Assembly (NCBI GenBank): GCA_041489155.1
Contig: JBGPQP010000014.1
Location: 1-23,282, forward strand
Source of the DNA: Candidatus Aenigmatarchaeota archaeon
GTDB lineage: Archaea; Aenigmatarchaeota; Aenigmatarchaeia; QMZP01; QMZT01
Direction of reading: 5' to 3'
DNA length: 23,282 nucleotides
The notes below the pieces were generated by a model, which was given only the letters and a program-made list of their open reading frames with translations, searched no databases and had not been told where the DNA came from. How positions within the stretch are numbered: position 1 is the first letter of the stretch; every line of letters starts with the position of its first letter. Below are positions 8,652 to 16,700 of the stretch, one piece after another. A program made the position numbers and the translations under genes.

Positions 8652-11600
8652 TCATTTCTTCATCCTGTCGAACAGCGACTTTGTCTCCTTCTTCCAGAAG
8701 GAGCTCAGGAATATCCCGAATACCGCTATTATCGCAGCGAGGACTGCGAACACCAGAATCCATGTGTTTATAGGGATAGGTGCAGCACATGCCGTCTTGC
8801 ACGAACCTCCGCAGTCAACTCCCTGCTCGTCGCCGTCTTTCATCATGTTATGGCAGTGGGCCGGTTCCTCTTCGCCCCCGAAGCCTTCATCTGTTATGCC
8901 ATCGCAGTCGTCATCGATGCCGTTGAATATCTCGTTCTGGGCGCCGGGAGCTGCGAACCTGTTGTAGCACGCGCATTTGGTTGAGCCTATGGAATTCCCT
9001 CTGTCCACGTCATCAATCACGCCGTTGCAGTCGTCGTCCTTGCCGTTGCAAGTTTCAGGCAAAGGCATAATGCCTCCGGCGCATTGTCCCCATTTTCCGT
9101 TGACGCACTTTTTGACGCCAGGAGTGCATTCTCCGACGTTGGAGCCGCACTGCATCTCCTCGCCTTCACTGCACCTGCAGTCTATGTCGTCGTCTATAAC
9201 CTGGTTGCAGTCATTGTCAATGCCGTCGCATTTTTCCACGGACGGGTTTCGGCCGTTGTAGCAGCCGCACTGCGTTTCCTCGACTGAGTAGCCGCCGTCC
9301 ACGTCGTCTATCACCCCGTTGCAGTCGTCGTCTTTCATGTTGCACACTTCGTCTGAAGAGCGTTTGCCTCCTGCGCAAGCGCCCCAAACGCCGCCAGTGC
9401 AGGACGCCCTGCCCAGCTCACATTCACCAATTGACGAGCCGCAGGGCTTGGTCTGGCCCTCGAAGCACACGCAAAAAAGACCCTCGTCTATCGTTCCATC
9501 ACAGTCGTCGTCAATCTTGTTGCAGGCTTCATCGCTTTTGGCTTTCCCTCCGTAGCAGCCGCATTTCGTGTCCTCTACTGACTGCATGCCCTTAATATCA
9601 TCAACAATCCCATTGCAGTCGTCATCGACGCCGTTGCATATCTCCAGCTGCTTCTTGTCCGTGGTGTTGCCCATGCCTCCCGAGGTTTCGGTTGAGCATA
9701 TTGTCGTGTTGCCGTTGGCCGCGCAGGTTATCACTCCACCGGCGCAGGCGCCGGTGCCGCATGTCTTGCCTAGCGTTGGCCATTTGTCGTCAACGACGCC
9801 GTTACAGTCGTCGTCTATGCCGTTGCACATCTCGGTGGATGCAGCGACAAGACCCTTGTTATAGCAGCGGCATTTGGTGGCGTCGACAGATTTGCCGCCT
9901 CCCACGTCGTCTATCACGCCGTTACAGTCGTCGTCTATGCCGTTGCAGGTTTCTGCCTTCGGGTCGCTGCTGTTGTAGCAGCCGCATTTCGTAGAAGCGA
10001 TGGAATTGCCGCCGTTCACGTTGTCCGTTATGTTGTCGCAGTTGTTGTCCTTGCCGTCGCACACTTCGGTTGAAGAATCCTTGGCCCCTATGCAGCCGCC
10101 CCACACACCTCCGGAAAGGCACTCCTGCCTTCCCTCTATGCATTCGCCATCATTCGAGCCGCAATATTTCCAGTCTCCAGGCGAGCAGATGCAGCCCTCA
10201 TCAACGCTGTTATCGCAGTCGTTGTCTATGTTGTCGCATGTCTCGTTCTGGGCAAGATTGTTGCTGCCGCCTATGGTTGAGCAGACGACGCCGTTTTTGG
10301 CTGCATTGCACTGCCAGTAGCCGCCCTCACATATGGTGCCTATGCCGCATTCGTTCGTATAATCAGGCCAGTCCCAGCCCAGGGTCTCCAGCCACGGGTC
10401 ATCTATCACCCCGTTGCAGTTGTCATCCTTGGAGTTGCAGCTTTCCGTCAGCTCGCCGGGCTCATGCGCTCCCCCGGCGCAGGCGCAGGTCGAGATGTCG
10501 TAAACGTCATCGATGCCCTCGTGAACGGATTCCTCATCGTTACAGTCGTCGTCTATGCCGTTGCATACTTCTTCTCTTGAAGCCGGCAGGCCCACGCCAT
10601 AGCATCTGCATTTCGTCGCTTCGACTGAAGTGCCTCCTCCGATGTTATCTATTACGCCATCGCAGTCGTCATCGATGCCGTTGCAGAGTTCAGGTTCTTT
10701 GTTTGCAAGGCTGCTGCACTGCGTCTTCGGGTTCTGCCATGCGCCATTAACGCAGCTTATCGTGCCGAAGCCGCATTTCGATATGTCGCTGTAGACATCG
10801 CAGAAATCGAAAAGCGGGGCATTGTAAAAGGTCCACTGGTTATCAACCAGACCGTCGCAGTCGTCGTCAAGGCCATTGCAGACCTCCTGGAAAGGCCCTG
10901 TCTGGTTTTCGCAGTAGTCCCAGAAGCCGTCAGCGCAGGTGGCGTTGCCTGGTTTGCACACGCCTATCGCTGCCGCGGTCGCGGCGCTGCCGTACTTCGT
11001 CTCATAATCATAGCCGTAGAAGCATAGCGTTTTTTCGCCGGGGTTGCATTGCAGCGTGTCTATGCAGAACTCGTTCGACGAGCTGTTCAGCTTCTGCGGA
11101 TATGTCTTGTCGAATACAAGAACCCTGAAGCAGTATTTGTTTTCGGGCTTCAGGTTTTGTATCCTGAGCCTGTTCTCAGAGCCTCCGTAAACCGGAGGGC
11201 CATAAGAGCCGTAATACGTCCCGGGCCCTGTCTTGAAGCCCTCTTGCGTCGAGTTGTAAAGCTCGTAATGATCAAAATCGTTCAACGGCGGATTCTGTGT
11301 CCATATGAGGTCAACATAATTGTCGCCAAGCTTTTCATACCACAAAGAAGGCGGGTATGGTGCATCCGTGTCCACGCAGAATTCCATTGGCTTCTTGGTG
11401 AAAGCAGGATTATCACCATTATCCTTAGCAGCAGCGCAGATGTACATGTGTTCTACCACTTCGTATTCCGGGCCAGAAGCGAAATAAGCGTTATAATCGG
11501 TCGGGCAGGTGGCCGGAAGCCCGGCCTTGTTGAGCCATACCTTTACCCTTTCGCTATACTCCGTGCACCCTGTTTCACCGTCGACACACTTTATGAGGGC

Positions 11601-12065
11601 ATTCACGATTTTCTGAATGTACTGGGTGCAGCCGGCGGCGGGGTCGGAGGGAAGAGCATCACTGATGCTGCTCTGCAGCGTAACGTTTGGAGGCGTCGTG
11701 TCTGCCGTGCATACGCCGTTCTGATTCTGCTGGTCGCAGTACATCCATGGGATGCCGCAATACCACTGCGTGCCTGGTAATTTGGTATAATCGTAGCAGC
11801 AGGGATCTCCCACCTTCCTGCCGCAGAGTATCTCGCATTCGATGGTGACCGACTTGAGGCCGTGGCTCTCGAAGCCCTTGAGGGTGATGGTGTTGTCCGT
11901 CGCCTTTAATTCCACTTCGCCTAGTATCGGCGTATTGGCGGGATCGAAGACTTTCGTCACGTCCTCGCATATCTCGCACACGTCCGCCCTGCCAATAGCA
12001 GGCACCACCAACGCAAAAACTGCCATCAAAGCACATGCAACCAAAAACGCAAATTTTTTATTCAT
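8652..12065 (-). CDS. Membrane-anchored Cys/Asp-rich repeat surface protein (~1137 aa): partial jelly-roll N-terminus, Ig-like and FN3-like domains, 14 putative metal-binding repeats, C-terminal TM
   Basis: SD GGAGGTG precedes the ATG at 12065, then signal peptide MNKKFAFLVACALMAVFALVVPAIGRA. FN3-like segment 'VDLIWT...FDHYELY...IQNLKPENKYCFRVLVFD' at ~11056-11360. ExCNGxDDDCNGxxD repeats (PF11617-like), a DCGGSC module, a TM helix and a basic tail. Confidence 0.9.
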   Translation of the reverse strand: MNKKFAFLVACALMAVFALVVPAIGRADVCEICEDVTKVFDPANTPILGEVELKATDNTITLKGFESHGLKSVTIECEILCGRKVGDPCCYDYTKLPGTQWYCGIPWMYCDQQNQNGVCTADTTPPNVTLQSSISDALPSDPAAGCTQYIQKIVNALIKCVDGETGCTEYSERVKVWLNKAGLPATCPTDYNAYFASGPEYEVVEHMYICAAAKDNGDNPAFTKKPMEFCVDTDAPYPPSLWYEKLGDNYVDLIWTQNPPLNDFDHYELYNSTQEGFKTGPGTYYGSYGPPVYGGSENRLRIQNLKPENKYCFRVLVFDKTYPQKLNSSSNEFCIDTLQCNPGEKTLCFYGYDYETKYGSAATAAAIGVCKPGNATCADGFWDYCENQTGPFQEVCNGLDDDCDGLVDNQWTFYNAPLFDFCDVYSDISKCGFGTISCVNGAWQNPKTQCSSLANKEPELCNGIDDDCDGVIDNIGGGTSVEATKCRCYGVGLPASREEVCNGIDDDCNDEESVHEGIDDVYDISTCACAGGAHEPGELTESCNSKDDNCNGVIDDPWLETLGWDWPDYTNECGIGTICEGGYWQCNAAKNGVVCSTIGGSNNLAQNETCDNIDNDCDNSVDEGCICSPGDWKYCGSNDGECIEGRQECLSGGVWGGCIGAKDSSTEVCDGKDNNCDNITDNVNGGNSIASTKCGCYNSSDPKAETCNGIDDDCNGVIDDVGGGKSVDATKCRCYNKGLVAASTEMCNGIDDDCNGVVDDKWPTLGKTCGTGACAGGVITCAANGNTTICSTETSGGMGNTTDKKQLEICNGVDDDCNGIVDDIKGMQSVEDTKCGCYGGKAKSDEACNKIDDDCDGTIDEGLFCVCFEGQTKPCGSSIGECELGRASCTGGVWGACAGGKRSSDEVCNMKDDDCNGVIDDVDGGYSVEETQCGCYNGRNPSVEKCDGIDNDCNQVIDDDIDCRCSEGEEMQCGSNVGECTPGVKKCVNGKWGQCAGGIMPLPETCNGKDDDCNGVIDDVDRGNSIGSTKCACYNRFAAPGAQNEIFNGIDDDCDGITDEGFGGEEEPAHCHNMMKDGDEQGVDCGGSCKTACAAPIPINTWILVFAVLAAIIAVFGIFLSSFWKKETKSLFDRMKK
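8889..10886 (-). repeat. Coding repeat array: 14 x ExC(N/D)xxD(D/N)(D/N)C(N/D)xxxD with interspersed Cys spacer modules
   Basis: Counted from the translation, EVCNGLDDDCDGLVD through EIFNGIDDDCDGITD. Confidence 0.9.
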
Positions 12066-12111
12066 CTCCAACACCTCCGAAAAACAATACCATAAACATC
12101 ATAATATCACA

Positions 12112-13290
12112 TCATGCGCAGTCTTCCGGGCAGGTCCATTGGTTTTCACCATACTCTGTATCGCAAGTGCCGTCGCCGCAATCCGTGCAGTAGTTATACC
12201 CTCCCGCCTTGAGGCATCGCAAGTCGGCGCAGCAGTCACCAAGGCTTATGCTGCATCTCTCGCCTATTTCCTTGCATTCGCCATCGCCGTCACCGTCGCC
12301 GCCGCAGTCAAAGACCTCGACCGTTCCCGCAGGCGCGAAAAAATATGCTCCGTGGAGCCAGCTGCAACCATCGCCAGGGCCGCAGTATTTGCCAAGGTTG
12401 AGCCCGCTGTAATATGCAAGCCTGTCGGCAGGAGTCGAAAGGGTTATGGTGCTGCCTGAAGTTTGATCTGAAAATGTCACAGTCTTACGGTCGGAACTCA
12501 CTTCCACTTTGTATGTGTGGTCCACTATTGCTGGGATCTCTTTTATGTTGCTTAAAAGTGTGCACCAGTCATAACATCCCTGGGGAACGCCGCAATCCAT
12601 GCAATAGCCTGCCCTCGGCTCGATGTTTCTTTCGCCTTCCCAGTTCCTGTACCTTATCTGTATGTAGTTCCTGTTTGTGGAACCGCCAACGCCCAGCACC
12701 TGGGCCTTGTCTTTCCCTTCGTCGAGGTCAAGCAGGGCCTGTTTAACCTTGAAGCATATCTTGCCGCTGAAAGCGTGCTGATTGCCGCCGCGCAGCACAT
12801 TGGGATCTCCGCCCATGTTGGTGGTGCACATGGGACAGACGCAGGGGCATCCAGAGCATATGCCGGCACACTGCGGCAGGCACGGGTTCTCACACACGCC
12901 ACCCGGCGGGCAGGCCGTGTCAAGCGTCCTTCCGACCGCCTTGTCGTTTAGCGCGATTTCAGTGACTTCGTTTGTCTCTTGCGGACCTCCGGCAGGGTAG
13001 TCGAAATGGTTCGCTACGGCTGTTATAGTGCATTTATAGGCAGCCACTTTCGGGGCGTTGAAGTTGAAGGTGTATTGGTTGTAGTTCATGGGAAGGTAAG
13101 GCTGGAAGGTCGAGCCACATATGCCGAGCGTTTCGCTCGAGCAGGAGAAGCCGCTGCTGCATGACCAGGTTTTGCTCACGTTTAACGGCGAGCTGCCCTG
13201 GGCAGACGCGGAAGGGAAGGCTGATATAAGCATGAATGCAAACGCGGCGAAAACTGCGGCGAAAAATAAGGACAAAATCTTGTTGTGCAT
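12112..13290 (-). CDS. Secreted Cys-rich protein, paralog 1 (conserved N-module, beta-rich variable domain, CGDGxC C-module)
   Basis: ATG at 13290, 2 nt after the pilin stop, with a GGAGG SD inside the pilin 3' end. Signal peptide MHNKILSLFFAAVFAAFAFMLISAFPSASA, then QPYLPMNYNQYTFNFNAPKVAAYKCTI...NEVTEIALNDKAVGRTLD. C-terminal CGDGTCDTEYGENQWTCPEDC. Confidence 0.85.
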   Translation of the reverse strand: MHNKILSLFFAAVFAAFAFMLISAFPSASAQGSSPLNVSKTWSCSSGFSCSSETLGICGSTFQPYLPMNYNQYTFNFNAPKVAAYKCTITAVANHFDYPAGGPQETNEVTEIALNDKAVGRTLDTACPPGGVCENPCLPQCAGICSGCPCVCPMCTTNMGGDPNVLRGGNQHAFSGKICFKVKQALLDLDEGKDKAQVLGVGGSTNRNYIQIRYRNWEGERNIEPRAGYCMDCGVPQGCYDWCTLLSNIKEIPAIVDHTYKVEVSSDRKTVTFSDQTSGSTITLSTPADRLAYYSGLNLGKYCGPGDGCSWLHGAYFFAPAGTVEVFDCGGDGDGDGECKEIGERCSISLGDCCADLRCLKAGGYNYCTDCGDGTCDTEYGENQWTCPEDCA

Positions 13291-13292
13291 TT

Positions 13293-13709
13293 TTACAGTC
13301 CCTCCACGTCGTATACAGACACCATGTCCTGTGCGTTCCTGCATTCTACTGACTGGACTACCATCGATTTGATGCCTGTTTCCTGTCTTACGGGGAAAAG
13401 CCCTATGTCATTCGCTTCAACTTTCTTCTTCAGGAAATCCTTGTTGGTTTTGGTCTCCTGCTCGGAAGAGATCAGCACAACGAAGCCTGTGAGGGGAACG
13501 GAACCCGTGTTGTAAACCACAAGGTTTATGTTGCCGCTTTCGGCGTTGTAGTAGGCCTTCTGCAGGATTATCTGGGCCTTCGAGCAGACCTGGAATTCCT
13601 CGCGCTCTGAATACGAGAACTGGGAAATCCATGCGTAGAAAATGCCTGAAACCACGAGAGAAAAGGCTATCAGCATTATGGTTGCTATCAGCGGTGAAAT
13701 GCCCCTCAT
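13293..13709 (-). CDS. Archaeal type IV pilin-like protein (class III signal peptide)
   Basis: MRG|ISPLIATIMLIAFSLVVSGIFYAW is a canonical archaeal prepilin N-terminus. It is followed by a short beta domain with 'VYNTGSVPL' and two Cys. Confidence 0.9.
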   Translation of the reverse strand: MRGISPLIATIMLIAFSLVVSGIFYAWISQFSYSEREEFQVCSKAQIILQKAYYNAESGNINLVVYNTGSVPLTGFVVLISSEQETKTNKDFLKKKVEANDIGLFPVRQETGIKSMVVQSVECRNAQDMVSVYDVEGL

Positions 13710-13734
13710 CTTATTTTCTACCCCCTTCTTTCCC

Positions 13735-16700
13735 TCAAGGCTTGACGAACACCAGCACTATGCCGACCGCGACTATCACCACTACCAGCGCGATGAAAAC
13801 TATCATCCATGTGCCGCTCTGGATTGGCTGCGTCGGACCGGCGCACGGGTTCGGGCAGGAGCCGCCGCAGTCGATGCCTTCCTCTTTGCCGTCTTGCATG
13901 CCGTTCTCGCAGCTGCCCACCTCCGCTCCTCCTAGGCAGCCCTCGTCTATCCTTCCGTCGCAGTTGTTATCCTTTTCGTCGCACACCTCGGTCGCAGGCT
14001 GGCCGCCGTTGCAGACGAGCGTCTTGCCGTCTTCCGAGCAGATGAAAACGCCAGCGCATATGCCGTCGCCGCAGGTCTGGCCTACGTTCGCCCAGTCTTC
14101 ATCCGTCGCTTCGTCACAGTCGTCGTCAATCTTGTTGCAGCTTTCGACGCCGGGGAGCGCGTCGTTGTAGCATGCGCATCTGGCCGCCTCGACTGAAGCA
14201 CCATCTCTGACGTTATCGATTACGCCATCACAGTCGTCGTCAATCATGTTGCAGGTCTCAGGCTTCGCGCCTTTCGCGTACGCGTTGTCGTAACAGCCGC
14301 ATTTTGTTTCATCGACCGAGTCCTTGCCGCCGATGTCGTCGACTATGCCGTTGCAGTCGTTGTCCACGCCATCGCAGGTTTCTGTTGTCTTGTCGGCGCC
14401 GCCGTAACAGCCGCATCCGCCTGCAGGCAGGTCGTCTATCACGTCGTTGCAGTTGTTGTCCTTGCGGTCGCATGTTTCAGGCACAGGCATTATGCCTCCT
14501 ATGCAGTTGCTCCATTTCTTGTCGGCGCAGGTCTGGATGCCTTCCCTGCATTCGCCCACATCGGCACTGCACTTCCTCTGCTCGCCGTCGACATCGCAGA
14601 TGCAGTTCTCGTCTATCACGCCGTTGCAGTCATTGTCTATGTTGTCTCCGCATTCCTCGTCGATTGCCTTGTCCTGCGAGCCGCCCTTTTCAGTCGAGCA
14701 AACCGCAGTTTCCTTGTTCTGGGAGCATTCGTAGACGCCGCCTGAGCAGGCGCCCATGCCGCATGCGCCTCCGAGTGTGGGCCAGTCCTCGTCTATCAGG
14801 CCATTGCAGTCGTTGTCGATACCGTCGCATATCTCCTGCAGCTCGCCTGACTTGTGGGTGCCGTTGTAGCATGCACACGCCGCCGTGTTGGCGACGTTGT
14901 CTATCCTGCCATCACAGTCGTCATCGATGCCGTTGCAGAATTCAGGCTTCGCCGCTGCGTTGCCTGCGAAACCGCCTGAGCAGAAGCATTTGCCTTCAAG
15001 CCCGTCATCTATAAGGCCGTTGCAGTCGTCATCAATATTATTGCATATCTCGCCCGACGCCTTCTTCGTACTTATCATCACGGCTAGCTGGTTCATGTTG
15101 TTCGCGTTCACTTCCATGTCAATGGAGCAGCCGCAGTCCGTCAGCCCGTCATCTATAAGGCCGTTGCAGTCGTCATCGATGCCGTTGCATGTCTCCTCTC
15201 CTCTCGGTACGCCGTTGTAGCACCTGCAGAACTTGTTGGATATGTCGCCCCAGACGTTGTCTATCTTGCCGTCGCAGTCGTCGTCAAGAGCGTTGCAGGT
15301 TTCGTTCATCCTTAGGTCGCTGCCGGCGATGCCCTCGTTTGACGTGGTGCTGCAGACAATGCCTGTGCCGTCTTTCGAGCAGACAAACATACCTCCGATG
15401 CATCTGCTGTTCAGCGGGCTGCACGAAGCGCCAAGGAACTCGAACTTGTTGACCGAGCTGCCGCCCTGCTGCCACGGGTCGTCTATGACGCCGCTGCAGT
15501 CGTTGTCAATATCATCGCACTTCTCGACTGATATTGCAGTGGCCCACGTGTTGTTGTAGGGGCCGAATACCGTCCCTGCGCAGGCGCATTTCTCCAGGTT
15601 CTCGTCTATCAGGCCGTTGCAGTTGTCATCGATACCGTTGCATGCGGTCTCGGTTTCGTTCGTTTTCTGTGTTATGTTCACGATCTGGTCGAAGCAACCG
15701 CAGTGCGTCGCTTCGATAGAAGCGCCTCCCTTGACGTCGTCAACGACGCCGTTGCAGTCGTCATCGATGCCGTTGCAGACCTCGATGCTAGGTTTGCCGC
15801 CGTTGGAACAGGCGCAGGTCTCGGGAACTGCGATGTCATCTATCTCTGCGTTGCAGTCATCATCCTTCATGTTGCATAGCTCGGTCTTCGGCATCATCGC
15901 AGTGCAATTGTTCCATTCGGTTCCTTCGCAGGCCTGTGTGCCGAAGGTGCATTCGCTCACCGAGCTTACCGGAAAGTCTGTTTTCTGGCAAATTCTTACC
16001 GAGTCGCAAAGGCCTAGGACAGTCGCCTTCTTTTCGCTGTCCTCTGACGTGATGTTTTCAAGCATGGAGGTGCATTTCTCATAAATGTCGACTTCCTCCT
16101 CGGCTATGGTCTCGTTTATGGTCTCCTCCTGGCCAAGACTTGAGTAAGGCTGGTAATAGCGCATCTTCTCCCTTATCGCCGCCTGGTCGAAAGCCTGCGA
16201 GTAGACTGCGAGCTCGTCTATCAGCGAATACGCCGTCTTCGAAGTCCCTTCGCCGCCTATGTAGACGTCGAGGCCTATGTCATTCGCTTCCCACGTGACG
16301 CTCTTGGTTGCCTTCTGGACGCCGTCGACGTAAAGCGAGATGCCTTTAAGGTTGTCCCACGTCGCCGCTATGTGATGCCACTCGAGATTAATGATGCCGG
16401 CATTAATGGTGTAGTTCTTGCCGGTCTTGTCAAAGACCTGGAATACCGTGCCGTTCTCGCTCAGGTAAAGGCTGAACTGGTTACCTCCGTTGAAGTCTTT
16501 TGAATAGAAAAGATAATGTTCTTCGGTTAGGTCGGTAGGCTTGACCCACATCATTATCGTGCCGCGGTTCTTGTTGAAGTTCTCGGACGTCGGGTAGAGC
16601 AGTTTGTCCACGCCGTCTATGTAAGCTCCTTGTACGGGGACGGTTTCTTCCATAAGGTCGCGGGTATCTTCAACAAAGGTCACCCCGTAAACGTTTTTGG

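Noticed and set aside
11835..13179. Split jelly-roll halves as a frameshifted or broken single gene
   Set aside because: Each half follows its own SD, start codon and intact signal peptide, and the N-half occurs in three separate intact genes, two of them downstream of the C-half.
5823..13290. Diversity-generating retroelement or invertase shufflon as the cause of paralog variation
   Set aside because: There is no reverse transcriptase or recombinase in the window. I saw no template/variable repeat pair with adenine-specific mismatches, and no inverted cassettes.
13291..13344. ORF-track start at 13344 for paralog 1 (likewise 12074, 22784, 5270 and 698 for other genes)
   Set aside because: The downstream ATGs at 13290, 12065, 22760 and 680 have SD motifs and/or give proper N-termini without overlap. 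5306 is preferred because it is the first ATG.
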